A DNA stretch of 64,000 bases from Bacteriovoracaceae bacterium (GCA_965217035.1 OZ244226.1:2338146-2402145), one strand, 5' to 3'. Shown: positions 30,734 through 41,336, counted from the first letter of the stretch. Notes: generated by a model not told the origin, from the sequence alone. Numbers and translations: made by a program.

Positions 30734-31006
30734 ATGAAGTCATGATCATCAGCTTTTTTTATATGTTTAACACTGTCTAGTTGTTCAACCTTATATTATA
30801 AATAATGGGAAATGCTTGGTAAGGAGAAAAGAGAGCTTTTGCAGTCAAATATGAGTGAGCTTATTGAAGATCAAGAAGAGGTTAAAGAAGAGTTTGGAAA
30901 TACTTTAACTAAAATCAGAAAAAAGTATTCTTTCAAAGAAGGAGAGCTTGAAGAAACATACGATAAAGTCAAAGCCGATTATAATGACCTAGAACAAAAG
31001 AAGTAG
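30734..31006 (+). pseudogene. DUF2959-like lipoprotein pseudogene
   Basis: MKS*SSAFFICLTLSSCSTLYYK*WEMLGKEKRELL... with two in-frame stops; ends just before the IS481 relic. Confidence 0.65.
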
Positions 31007-31012
31007 AGGATA

Positions 31013-31960
31013 TAAAATGCACTAGTTAAGAATTGCGGTTACAACCCGTTCTCAAGCGTCAACTTTTATTGCAGCGTTGTTACCTCGTTTTCTGACTTTA
31101 AATCGTAAACTTTCTCTTTATACAGCTCAACTCCCTCAATAAAAGTTTCATATGGAGTTCTGCCTTTACAACGTTTTTCTTGATTGGTTCGTTTCTTGTT
31201 GTAGTTTTCCATAAACTCATCGAGATCACTCTGCAACTCCTCAAGCGATTCATAGAGCTTCTTTCTAAAAGCTATTGCTAGAATTCTCGTTCAATCGTCT
31301 GGTTGAGCTTCTCACACGATCCATTGGTTTGCGGATGCCTTGCCTTGGTCTTTGTGTGATCGATGTCATTTAAGGCCATAAAAAGCTGATACGGATGTCC
31401 GTCAGGTCGACCACAGTATTCAGCACCTCGGTCAGTTAGCATTCTTAAAACGGAGATACTGTATTTATCGAAGTATGGAAGGACTTTATCGTTTAAAAAG
31501 TCCGCTGCTTCAATTCAAGTTTTTTGAGTGTATAACTTAGCAAATCCGATATTCGAGTAAGTATCAATCCCAGTCTGTTGATAAATTCGACCAATGCCTT
31601 TGATCGTTCCGACGTAATAGGTGTCTTGAGCGAAGAGGTAACCCGCATGGTGAGTTTCAATTTCACCGTGGGCCTCTTCTTTCACTTTCTTCTCTTCAAG
31701 TGCTTGAACTTGAGACTCCGTTAGGATCCCTTTATTTTCGGTTGCCCACTTCTCTAATCTTTTAAGTCTTAGATGGGTCTTCTCAATTTTGTGTCTGAGC
31801 CAAACTCCACGGACTCCTCCTGCACTAATACTCCAGCCGTTTTCTTTATTAAGTTCATTGGCCACACGAACTTGTCCATGGGTTGGGTAGTTAAGAGAAT
31901 ATTCAAGAATTTTGTCTTCGATATTCTCAGGTAACCGGTTTTCTTAACTACTACATTTTA
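31013..31960 (-). mobile_element. IS481-family element, degenerate and internally deleted
   Basis: 20-bp imperfect IRs (31013-31032 / 31941-31960); transposase remnants QDTYYVG, LTDRGAEYCG, PQTNG with stop and frameshift. Confidence 0.85.
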
Positions 31961-32084
31961 AAGGACATAAAAATCTATTTAGATTTTAAAAAAACAGTTC
32001 TTCAGTTTATTGATACTTAGAAAAAGTAAACTTGGATCTGGTTCTTAGCATGAGCCCAAAAATTTACTTCTAGACCATTAATAC

Positions 32085-32966
32085 TTACTCCTTTGAGTTT
32101 AACACTTTTATCTCTTTTCGAATGTCTAACGTACGAATTGGGAATGGTATCGTAATATCATTTTCTGCAAAAACTTCTTGGATTCTCATGATTGCCTCAC
32201 TTCTAGCTTCAAGGTAGTTTTGATGTCCTGGGTATTTGATCCATAGCTGAGCGACAAAATTAATGGAACTATCAGAGAACTCACTGTAAAAAACTTTTAC
32301 TTTCTTATCAGGAATACGTTCTTTGATTTCATCTAGTGTCTTTTCTACTATTTTTTTTACTTCTCTTAACTTATCGGAGTATGAGACACCTACCAGTAAA
32401 TCAATTCTTCTTTTAGGGGTAGTTGTTAGGTTGATAAAAGGTTTAGTAAACATATCCTTGTTAGGTACTAGAACCTCTAATCCTTGAAACGTTGTAATAT
32501 TCGTTGTTCTTAGTTTTATTTTTGTTACTTCCCCAAGGTAGCTCCCTGTTTCAACTATATCGCCAACTTGGTAAGGTTCAGTGAAGGCTATTAAAATACC
32601 TGAGAAAAAATTAGAAGCAATCTCTTGGAAAGCGAAACCAACAGCAAGACCAATGACTCCAGCTCCAGCGAGTAAGGAAGTGACTGTTTTGTCTAGATTT
32701 AGAATTCCTAAAGCAACAAAAGACCCAGCAATAATTATTAACATGTAGAGGATGCTTTCTAGCAGGTTTGTCACTGACTGGTTTTTAGATATTTTAGGTA
32801 AAAATTTTCGAGCAACCTTTCTGGAAAACTTTGCAAGAAAAATGAAAAATAAAATAACAGATAATGCAACAAGAACATTTGGAATCCCTTTAATAGCTGC
32901 CTCGTACCATGATACAAGTTCTTGACTCAGCAAGTTGTAAAAATCTTTAATTTTATCATTCCACAT
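32085..32966 (-). CDS. Small-conductance mechanosensitive channel (MscS family)
   Basis: GAGVIGLAVGFAFQEIASNFFSG, GDIVE, IPFP. Confidence 0.93.
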   Translation of the reverse strand: MWNDKIKDFYNLLSQELVSWYEAAIKGIPNVLVALSVILFFIFLAKFSRKVARKFLPKISKNQSVTNLLESILYMLIIIAGSFVALGILNLDKTVTSLLAGAGVIGLAVGFAFQEIASNFFSGILIAFTEPYQVGDIVETGSYLGEVTKIKLRTTNITTFQGLEVLVPNKDMFTKPFINLTTTPKRRIDLLVGVSYSDKLREVKKIVEKTLDEIKERIPDKKVKVFYSEFSDSSINFVAQLWIKYPGHQNYLEARSEAIMRIQEVFAENDITIPFPIRTLDIRKEIKVLNSKE

Positions 32967-33135
32967 TAGGAAACCTCCAATTACTGATGATTCTACTTTA
33001 AAACCAGGGGACGAGAATCCAAAAAAGTTCGAATAATTGTGTAGATTTCAACACAGAATTTATTCAATCAAGAGATTAATGAAAGAGCTGGATCACTTAA
33101 TATTTGATGAGGGTAAATTACAAACAGGAGTTAAC

Positions 33136-33639
33136 ATGGAAAAAAATCTCGAAAGAATTACAAAATTAAAACCAGTGGGTATCGTTGATGAGAAGAGAAA
33201 TAAAGAAATTATAAATTTTTTAAACTCTATTCTTGCAAATGAATATTTACTCTTTACTAAAACTTTGAACTATCACTGGAACTTCAAAGGCCCACGCTTT
33301 ACAAGTATGCATAAATTCCTGGAGGAGCATTACAATAAGCTTTTAGAGGTGATGGATGACACCGCAGAGCGGGTAAAAATACTCGATGGCATTCCTCTCA
33401 GCACTGCTCAAGAAATGACTGAAGAAACGATCATTAGCGAAAAACCTAGGGAGATTCCTAGCTCTAACAAAATGATTGCAACACTCTTGAGAGACCATCA
33501 TACAATTCAAGAGTTAATTAAAGGTAAAGTTAATTCAGATGACTTCTTTTCAGAAGATCCAGGAAGTGAAGATTTTCTCATAGGTGTTTTAAGAGAACAT
33601 GAAAAAATGAGTTGGATGCTCAAGTCAAGTTTAAGTTAA
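33136..33639 (+). CDS. dps: Dps / DNA starvation-stationary phase protection protein
   Basis: KTLNYHWNFKGPRFTSMHKFLEEHY, D..AER, HEKMSWML; AGGAG RBS. Confidence 0.93.
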   Translation: MEKNLERITKLKPVGIVDEKRNKEIINFLNSILANEYLLFTKTLNYHWNFKGPRFTSMHKFLEEHYNKLLEVMDDTAERVKILDGIPLSTAQEMTEETIISEKPREIPSSNKMIATLLRDHHTIQELIKGKVNSDDFFSEDPGSEDFLIGVLREHEKMSWMLKSSLS

Positions 33640-33714
33640 GTGTAATATGGTTTTTGTCACTGAGCCGGAGGTATCTCCTGCTCAATATAAAGTTTTACTA
33701 AAAGGAATATTTTG

Positions 33715-33873
33715 ATGGATTTTATTAGAGTTTTACTATCAATATTGTTGCCTCCTCTTGGGGTTTTTTTACAAGTTGGTATCGGAGGAGCATTTTGGCT
33801 TAATATTCTTTTAACCCTCTTGGGTTACGTCCCAGGTATTGTTCATGCTGTTTGGGTTATCGCTAAGAGATAG
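33715..33873 (+). CDS. yqaE: YqaE/Pmp3 family membrane proteolipid (52 aa, not in ORF track)
   Basis: MDFIRVLLSILLPPLGVFLQVGIGGAFWLNILLTLLGYVPGIVHAVWVIAKR. Confidence 0.95.
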   Translation: MDFIRVLLSILLPPLGVFLQVGIGGAFWLNILLTLLGYVPGIVHAVWVIAKR

Positions 33874-33995
33874 TTGGAAAAATAAACAATAAAATCCAAG
33901 GGAATGCAAGAATGTGTAGAAGACTACACATTTTATTTTTATAAGTAACAATTCAATTCATTGGACTGTAAGTATAAATCTATCAAGGAGTTTAT

Positions 33996-34364
33996 ATGCA
34001 AATTAATGAAAAAACTAAGCCACCTCAAAAATTAATGTATCTTGTTGTATTCTTATTAGTGTTTTTGTTGGCGATTATGGGAATGGTTATAAAATTTAAA
34101 TACAAAAATACAATTGAGAGTAACATGTCGATGTATGAGAGGTTAGAGCAATCATTCGATACCATATCACAAGAAAAGCATAAAGAATCACTTTACGAAG
34201 ATTCGATATATGTTGAAACACTTGAGACTTCAAATGAGCTGCAAAAACTCTTTAAGGAATATAGAGGTGCTAATAAGGCGGGGAAAGAGGTAGTGTTAGT
34301 CGACATAGAGTTTAACCTCGAAAAATTTAAAAATAATTTAAAACAGCTTAAAGCAAAATACTAG
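33996..34364 (+). CDS. Hypothetical membrane-anchored protein
   Basis: GGAG RBS, one TM, helical C-terminus. Confidence 0.65.
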   Translation: MQINEKTKPPQKLMYLVVFLLVFLLAIMGMVIKFKYKNTIESNMSMYERLEQSFDTISQEKHKESLYEDSIYVETLETSNELQKLFKEYRGANKAGKEVVLVDIEFNLEKFKNNLKQLKAKY

Positions 34365-34452
34365 CAATAATAAAAATGAGGACTTAAATCAAATCTGTGA
34401 TTAACTAGAATTAAGTTTGATACTTAATAGTAATTTCTAACAAGGAGAAAAA

Positions 34453-34818
34453 ATGAAAACCACATTAATTTTATTAACTTTAGTACTTGGCGTGAGTTTG
34501 GTATCTTGTAGTCAAGAGTATAAAGTGGAAAAAGAACTAATGAGCTATGAAAGTTTCAAAAAAACTACGGAGGAGAAAATTTCTAAAATTGAACAAAAAC
34601 TTTCTACATTTGAAGCAGAAATAAGAGAAAGTAAGCAGGAAGCAAAATCTGACTTGAAAGAGAAGTACGAACAAGCACTAGAAGAAAAAGAACAAGTTGT
34701 TGATAAGCTATCTGAAGCGAAAGAATATACCTCTGATAGGTGGGAAGACTTTAAAGATAGTGTCGAAGACAGTGTAGATTCTTTAGAGGACAAGGTTGAC
34801 GAGTTAACGAATAGCTAG
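34453..34818 (+). CDS. Coiled-coil lipoprotein (stress-protein-like)
   Basis: LVSC lipobox, 'WEDFKDSVEDS' tail. Confidence 0.72.
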   Translation: MKTTLILLTLVLGVSLVSCSQEYKVEKELMSYESFKKTTEEKISKIEQKLSTFEAEIRESKQEAKSDLKEKYEQALEEKEQVVDKLSEAKEYTSDRWEDFKDSVEDSVDSLEDKVDELTNS

Positions 34819-34831
34819 TCATGGAATCACT

Positions 34832-34862
34832 AAGAAGAGAGGTTGAGCCTCTCTTCTTGTTT
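34832..34862. terminator. Hairpin terminator
   Basis: AAGAAGAGAGG-ttgag-CCTCTCTTCTT perfect 11-bp stem. Confidence 0.75.
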
Positions 34863-34873
34863 AAGGAAGCAAT

Positions 34874-35086
34874 ATGAAAAGTAAAATTCTATTAGGAGGA
34901 TTGGCTGTGCTAACTATTTTTTTAGTTGTTCTACCAAAGGCACCGAAGGATAAAAGTGAAAAGCTTGTGGATACAATCGAAGAAAGCACTGAGGATCTTG
35001 AGGAAACGGTTGAAAATCTAAATGAAGTAGGCGAAATGGTCACTGAGCTGAGAGAAGAAAATAATAGAAGTGAGTCAAGCCGATAA
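34874..35086 (+). CDS. Small membrane-anchored acidic protein
   Basis: AAGGA RBS, N-terminal TM. Confidence 0.6.
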   Translation: MKSKILLGGLAVLTIFLVVLPKAPKDKSEKLVDTIEESTEDLEETVENLNEVGEMVTELREENNRSESSR

Positions 35087-35183
35087 ATAAAGATAGGCAA
35101 TGATTCTAGTAAATAAAGTTAATAAAAGGTACCGGGGCTGGAAACTAATAGAATTACGTATTTTAGTCTGAGGAGTTTATAAT

Positions 35184-36131
35184 ATGGGACATTTAAAAAA
35201 TGGCATTTGGCATAATGATGAAGTCGCCACGAGTAATGAAAAAGGCGAGTTTGATAGAGAAGCAAGCCAATTTAGAGATTCTATTTATCCAGCTCATTCT
35301 AAGTACACACCTCTTAAAGATAGATACCATTTATACGTAAGTTATGCTTGTCCCTGGGCACATAGAACATTGATTACAAGAAGCTTAAAATCTCTAGAGG
35401 ATTACATCTCAGTAAGTGTTGTTCACCCTGATATGCTTGAAAATAGTTGGACGTTTAGAAAGGACTTCAATCATACAACAGGTGACAAGATTTATAACAA
35501 AGATTACTTGTATCAGATATATCAGCTACATGATGAAAATATTACGACAAAGGTTACAGTGCCTATCTTATGGGATACAGAAACAAACTCCATAGTGAAC
35601 AACGAATCTGGTGAAATAATTAGAATTCTTAATAAATCTTTTGATGACTTAACTGGATGTACGATAGACCTATATCCAACTAATCTAAGTGATGAAATTA
35701 ACATTATGAATGAAAGGATATATGAGTCAGTTAATAATGGTGTCTATAAAGCTGGTTTTGCTAAGAAACAAGAGGCATATGATAGTGCTGTAGATGAATT
35801 GTTTAGCACTTTAGACTGGCTTGATTCTTGGTTAGAAAGCAGGGAATATCTTGTTGGAGAACGGCTTACAGAGGCTGATATTAGATTAATGACAACTTTA
35901 ATTCGCTTCGATCATGTTTATCATACTCATTTTAAATGTAATATTAAGAAAATTGTAGATTACACTAATTTAAAACAGTATGCTGGAAACATTTACAAGA
36001 AGTATGATGCTTTTGAAAAAACAACCTTTATGGAACATATAAAAAGGCATTATTACTACTCCCATGACTTTATTAATCCCAATAGAATTGTTGCTAAGGG
36101 GCCAGATAAAATGGACTTTAGTAAAGATTAG
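35184..36131 (+). CDS. Glutathionyl-hydroquinone reductase / GST omega-like (YqjG family)
   Basis: YVSYACPWAHRTLI, TVPILWD, VNNES, NNGVYKAGFA. Confidence 0.94.
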   Translation: MGHLKNGIWHNDEVATSNEKGEFDREASQFRDSIYPAHSKYTPLKDRYHLYVSYACPWAHRTLITRSLKSLEDYISVSVVHPDMLENSWTFRKDFNHTTGDKIYNKDYLYQIYQLHDENITTKVTVPILWDTETNSIVNNESGEIIRILNKSFDDLTGCTIDLYPTNLSDEINIMNERIYESVNNGVYKAGFAKKQEAYDSAVDELFSTLDWLDSWLESREYLVGERLTEADIRLMTTLIRFDHVYHTHFKCNIKKIVDYTNLKQYAGNIYKKYDAFEKTTFMEHIKRHYYYSHDFINPNRIVAKGPDKMDFSKD

Positions 36132-36136
36132 TCTCA

Positions 36137-36595
36137 ATGTTTTGGTTTTTGGCTCCCATAATTGTTGGTATTTGTGTTGTTATTCAGTCTGGAATCAATG
36201 ACAAAATCCAATCAACTCATAATATTTTTTATGCTCTAATTTATGGTAATATTATCTTTATCTTTCTATCGATATTAGCGTTTAATCTTTTTGGTGGAGA
36301 AAAAAATGTCAACTTTCAATTTTGGAGTAAAGAACATTTGCAATCACTATCATGGTGGTTTTTAATCCCAGGAATGATGGGTATAACAATTGTCACCGGG
36401 AGTACCATTGGATTTGAAAAAATGGGGGCAAGTGCTACTATTACTTTAATAGTATCCTCACAACTTATTACTGGAATAGTCTGGGACTACTTTATCAAGT
36501 CAAAACCGATTACTTTAGAAAATATTATCGGTACAATCATTTTAATGCTAGGAGTTCTAATCAGCTTCGGTTTTATTTCTTTATCTAAGAAATAA
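36137..36595 (+). CDS. DMT family transporter (YdcZ-like)
   Basis: GICVVIQSGIN, WW..IPG.MG, SSQLITGIVWD. Confidence 0.8.
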   Translation: MFWFLAPIIVGICVVIQSGINDKIQSTHNIFYALIYGNIIFIFLSILAFNLFGGEKNVNFQFWSKEHLQSLSWWFLIPGMMGITIVTGSTIGFEKMGASATITLIVSSQLITGIVWDYFIKSKPITLENIIGTIILMLGVLISFGFISLSKK

Positions 36596-36871
36596 ATAGA
36601 TTCTACAAAGATAAAGTGCGTAGTTGCCGATTTTTGAAAAGAAGAAAAAATAGCTCAACGTAATCAATAGTCACTAGCAGTATTTTTTGAAAGATTCACC
36701 AAGCTAAATTCATTTACTGGGTGTGAATCAAAAGTCTTGCCAATGTGATTTAGTAGAGATGAGACCCTAACCTTTTAGAAATCTACACATTTACTTACCA
36801 TCATCTTAAATTAGCTTGGTCGCTAAGCGTTTATTCTTATTTGTAAGATTAATTCAATAAAGGAGAAAGTA

Positions 36872-38284
36872 ATGAAGTTAGCTTATTTAGTGACTGCATT
36901 GTTATTTACGTCATGCTCGAGTTTTAAATCAGGGCCAAGTTTTATTGACCAGGAAGCAAACAACAAAATCACCGAGATGAATACAAAGTCATCAGAACTA
37001 AAAATGAGAAAAGCTCATTTAATCACACCAAATCTATTCCAGGAAGCAAAGGAAGTAATTTCTGATTCTAAAGAGCTATTAAATGAAGGCAAGACTTTTA
37101 CAGATATGCAAAAAGAATTCAATCGGTTTACTCGTTTAGAACAGGAGATGACGAATAGTATTGAAATGAGTCGTAGGCATGTTTCTCAAATTCTCGAGGC
37201 AAGAGACCAAGCCATTATGGCAGGAGCTAAAGATCGAGATTTGTTTAGAGAAGCCGAAAGCAAGTTTAGAGAAGTTGGTGAAAGTATTGAGGATAAAGAT
37301 TTGACTGATGTCATTGAGCAACGTAGCGATGTCATTAAGTCTTATCAGTTAGCAGAAGTAGAGGCTATTAAAAATAATATGTTACTTCTTTCCAAGAAAA
37401 ACTTAAAAGAAGTTAAAGCTTTAGATGGAGACGATTATTTTCCTGAATTGTATAATGAATCTATTACGCACCTTGAAAAGGCAGGGAGTGTAATTTCTGC
37501 GAACAAAGATGACATGGTATTGATCAATCATCATGTTAGGAAGGCAGAAGACTCTTCAAAGAGGCTTATCGCTTTAACCAAAACAGCGAACTGGCTAGAA
37601 AAAACAGAAACGAGTAAAATGGCATTAAGCTTTGAAGAGGATTTTACAAAAGTTTATAATGATCTTTATGCTCCATATGATGCAAGATTTTTAAGTGCGA
37701 AGCAGAATTTTGTTAACTTGAAAAAAGAAACGTCGTACTTGCCTTCTGTGAGATCTGAAATTGCGCGACTTTCAAAAAACAATAATATCTTGGATAATAA
37801 GGTCAAAGAGATTATGTCTCGCGAAAAGAGATTGAATGAGAGGGTCGTAAAAAGTGAAGAGATCCAGAGGAAAATTTCAGAATTCAAAAAAGAGGTCGGA
37901 AGTTCTAATGCTGACGTCTTCAGACAAGGAGATGCGATTTTAGTGAGACTAAAAGGAGTTAACTTTGATTTTAACAAGTCAAATTTACCTAAAGCTGCAA
38001 AGCCAGTTATGGATGAAGTTGTGGAATTTATCGATGAGTTTGAAAAACCGCGTCTGATTGTAGAAGGGCATGCTGATGCTATCGGAAATCCGAGCTATAA
38101 CAAAGAGTTGTCCAAGGCAAGAGCGAATAATGTTTTAGATTTTATCACAAAGGAAGCCGAAACAAACTTCGCTTCCACTAAAACGATCGGTTACGGTTTC
38201 AATAAGCCAATTGTCGATAATAGAACTGCATCAAACAGAGCAACAAATCGAAGAATTGATATCTTAATTTACCCTAACTCATAA
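36872..38284 (+). CDS. OmpA-family lipoprotein with helical N-terminal region
   Basis: FTSC lipobox; FDFNKS, VEGHADAIG..YNKELSKARA, NRRIDI. Confidence 0.88.
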   Translation: MKLAYLVTALLFTSCSSFKSGPSFIDQEANNKITEMNTKSSELKMRKAHLITPNLFQEAKEVISDSKELLNEGKTFTDMQKEFNRFTRLEQEMTNSIEMSRRHVSQILEARDQAIMAGAKDRDLFREAESKFREVGESIEDKDLTDVIEQRSDVIKSYQLAEVEAIKNNMLLLSKKNLKEVKALDGDDYFPELYNESITHLEKAGSVISANKDDMVLINHHVRKAEDSSKRLIALTKTANWLEKTETSKMALSFEEDFTKVYNDLYAPYDARFLSAKQNFVNLKKETSYLPSVRSEIARLSKNNNILDNKVKEIMSREKRLNERVVKSEEIQRKISEFKKEVGSSNADVFRQGDAILVRLKGVNFDFNKSNLPKAAKPVMDEVVEFIDEFEKPRLIVEGHADAIGNPSYNKELSKARANNVLDFITKEAETNFASTKTIGYGFNKPIVDNRTASNRATNRRIDILIYPNS

Positions 38285-38350
38285 AGATGTCATCCGAGGA
38301 AAGCTATGGCTCTCTCGGATGATTTATTCTATATTAAAAAGGAGAAAGCA

Positions 38351-38557
38351 ATGAAAGAAAAAGATAAAAAGAAAAAAGTTGAAATCGAGAAAAAAGAAAT
38401 AAAACCTGGTTACAGACCGAACAGAGAAAAAATTGTACAACCTGAATTTCCACCTACTGAGGAAAATATTGGATTACCTCATCAAAAGCCGATCAAGAAG
38501 CCAAAGAAACCCGATACGAGGTATCCTAAGCCAAATGAGTTCGAAAAGGTTTACTAG
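38351..38557 (+). CDS. Small Lys/Pro-rich hypothetical protein
   Basis: AAGGAG RBS before ATG AAA GAA. Confidence 0.55.
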   Translation: MKEKDKKKKVEIEKKEIKPGYRPNREKIVQPEFPPTEENIGLPHQKPIKKPKKPDTRYPKPNEFEKVY

Positions 38558-38621
38558 TAAGTATTTTCTATTCGTTTAAAGTGTGAAGAATTTGCTCCTG
38601 TATTCGTGCAGGAGCCTATCA

Positions 38622-39230
38622 TTAAGATACTTTTCTAATGTGTACATAATTTAAAATACTAACGAAGACACTTCCGCCGATGAGGTTTTCAAATACGACA
38701 AAAAGTAAAACTCTGAATATCTCTGTTATCTGGAGATTTGACCCGGCAAGATAGGCACTAAAAAGTTAAGCTGAGCCGACAATTGAGTGATGAGGACTAA
38801 TTGCAGATGAGCCAAGGCTAATAAGTAGAGAAGACGTTAAGGTACCGATGAAATTTCCTATCAGGATAGTTATCCATAAATAAAGTAGATATTTGAGTTT
38901 TGCTTTTTTATTTAAAACGGTGTAGACAGCCGTTACTGTGTGCTCTGTGAATAGTTGTGTTTCACTAAGAATACAGACAATAAACCCAAGCGGATAAAAT
39001 AAAGCAATAATTAATCTTTTACTCATGCCTGTTAATGAATACTCAAGTGCAATTTCAGCTGCAAAGCCTAGAATTAGGCTAGCTGCAATTGAAGAAAGTA
39101 AGAGTGATAAATGAGATCGACCGTATTGTTCATACGCTTCTTCTATTACTGTTTGAAGCACGTCGTCAGGTTGGCGAATAACCAAGTCACTTCTTTTGAT
39201 AATAGCAGGAGTGTGTTCCTTCGCTTCTTG
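38622..39230 (-). pseudogene. Formate/nitrite transporter (FNT) family pseudogene
   Basis: YPLGFI...QLFTEHT, GNFIG, HHSIVGSA*LFSAY...NLIGGSVFV; in-frame stop and apparently missing middle segment. Confidence 0.8.
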
Positions 39231-39405
39231 GTTTTACTCCTCAGTGCGAGATTGCTCTGTGTTACTTAGTTATAAGTACTCTTCAGTTGTTGATTGTTTT
39301 TAGTTTAGGTAAAGAGAAATTTGTAGAAAAATTCATATTTATTAATCTTTCCTTAGATCTAATAAGTGAGCAATAAGCCGATAATACATTTAACAAGAAG
39401 CTTTG

Positions 39406-39690
39406 ATGAAAGGCTATTTGATTATAGGGATTCTTTTTGGACTTATGAGTGTTTATAGTGAAAACATTAAATCCCAAAAAATCTCGATTAGTCAGAACTA
39501 TATTGCGAAAAATAAAAGTATTTTAAGAGAGAATTTTAAAAAGATTAAAGAACTAAAACTAATGAAAAAAATTGAAAATAGCATTAATTCTCAAAAACGA
39601 GTAGAGAAAGCATGTTAGCGACATATAAGTGTGACTCATGAGTTTAATGAGCTAATTGAAAATCAAAACTTAAAAAAAGAGGTGTCGATG
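39406..39690 (+). pseudogene. Degraded paralog of the 41337 lipoprotein
   Basis: Aligns to 41337 ORF (YI..N..IL.EN..KI..L..MK....I..QKRVEKA, then TH..NEL.E.Q) across an in-frame TAG at 39616-39618. Confidence 0.75.
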
Positions 39691-39703
39691 CTAAAAGGTA
39701 AAG

Positions 39704-40087
39704 ATGTTTATTGCAAAATTCAAAAGTTTTAAAAAAGGATTTCTGAATATTATCAAGCAAAGAAATCTTAAAATGGGTAAGGATGTATTAGACCTACGAG
39801 GAGTGAATTTTAGAGGAGCAAATCTTGACGATGAAAAACTTGGTAATGCCCAAATGAAAGATGTTAACTTGAGTGACTGCTCTCTTGTTAAGGCAGACCT
39901 AAGAAGTGCAAACCTTAATGGAGCCAATTTACGTTATGTTAATATTTCTGAAGCTATATTTGACGGAGCCGATCTATCAGGCGCTGATTTGAGTCATGCA
40001 ATAGGCTGGGAAAGTGCAAGCTTTAAGAATTGTAAAATTTCAAAAAGCACAAAGCTAACTTTTTCAATTAAAAAGGATAAAATATGA
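39704..40087 (+). CDS. Pentapeptide repeat protein
   Basis: A(D/N)LxX repeats (ADLRSANLNGANLRY..ADLSGADLSH). Confidence 0.85.
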   Translation: MFIAKFKSFKKGFLNIIKQRNLKMGKDVLDLRGVNFRGANLDDEKLGNAQMKDVNLSDCSLVKADLRSANLNGANLRYVNISEAIFDGADLSGADLSHAIGWESASFKNCKISKSTKLTFSIKKDKI

Positions 40088-40561
40088 AGATTAATAACAA
40101 AATAAAATGCAAATTTAATACACTAATTCAAAAATTTTAGGAATAGGAAATTTTTTATTAAGTTTCTTGCCTGAAGTGCTCTACAACGACGGTAAAGATC
40201 TATCTATTGTTGCTAAAAAAGGAGCTAAGAACTATTAGAGGTAATAGCAGAACTGTTTTATTAATGCTAAACGGTTGTGAGATATTTGCAAGAATTAAAA
40301 GCCTGTAAAGCTTCTATTCACGATGAACTCCAGTCGTGTGAGTTGTTAAGCAATAAATTATTGTTTAGGAAAATTCATAATCTTTAAGCAGATATTAAGA
40401 TTCAAAAAAAAGCGTATGACAAAATTAAAGAATCACAAGTTTTTATTAAAAAATGTTAAGTTTTTTTCACATTTATTTCAACTTTATGAGAATTAAAAAT
40501 AGTTTTATGAAATAAGATAGTTATAGTCTTTAAATATAAATCATTAAACTAGGAGGAAAAG

Positions 40562-41215
40562 ATGAAGAGATTTATATCGGTTTTTGTATTTCTGATTTCT
40601 ATGGCTCTTTGCTCTGGCGTTGGGGCTACTAGCTCTAAATTTGATCGAAAGGTTAATGGCGAGTTTATTACAATTTCGGGGAAAGTTTCAAACGTAAAAG
40701 CTGATTCATTTAACTTGAAAACCGAAGGAAGAACGATTTTTGTTGAAATGGATGACTATGACTGGGATGCAGATGGTTACAAGTTGGTAAATGGGGATAG
40801 AGTCGTTGTGACGGGAAGAATTGATCATGATTTTTTAGAGAGAAAGAAGATTGAAGCTGGTAGTGTCTACGTAAAGGGAATCAATACTTACTTCTTCGCA
40901 AGTAGTGATGATGAGGAAGGACCAGGTAATTACAGTACCTACTTATACCCAGATTATTCAGGCTTAAAAATGCTTCCAGAGAATACTCATGCCCATCTTA
41001 GTGGGACAGTTACTAAGATTAATGGGCGTAAATTTACTCTTGATACTGGCTTAAGAAAAGTTGTAGTTGATACTTCAAACTTAATCTACAACCCACTTGA
41101 TAATGTTGGTTACACTCAAGTAGATAAAGGCGATTTTGTTAGTGTATCAGGGAGTGTAGACGAAAACTTTTTTGGAAAGAAAGAGTTAGACGCTGGTTAT
41201 GTTGTTGAGTTTTAA
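40562..41215 (+). CDS. Exported tandem OB-fold protein (YgiW/YdeI stress-tolerance-like)
   Basis: Two repeats of I.ISG.V..V....F.L.TG...I.V + GD.V.V.G.ID; AGGAGG RBS. Confidence 0.75.
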   Translation: MKRFISVFVFLISMALCSGVGATSSKFDRKVNGEFITISGKVSNVKADSFNLKTEGRTIFVEMDDYDWDADGYKLVNGDRVVVTGRIDHDFLERKKIEAGSVYVKGINTYFFASSDDEEGPGNYSTYLYPDYSGLKMLPENTHAHLSGTVTKINGRKFTLDTGLRKVVVDTSNLIYNPLDNVGYTQVDKGDFVSVSGSVDENFFGKKELDAGYVVEF

Positions 41216-41336
41216 TAAGTCTCAATAGGACTTTATCGAAGAAGTTTTAAAAGGAGCCCTTATCTATTCTAAAGGTGAGGGCTTCTTTACTACCTCAATT
41301 TTTAATACTAATAATTATTTTTTTTGGAGATTTCTA

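Noticed and set aside
30734..39690. Stop-codon readthrough or recoding to explain the many in-frame stops in the island
   Set aside because: Stops are of all three types and accompanied by frameshifts and deletions, consistent with ordinary pseudogene decay.
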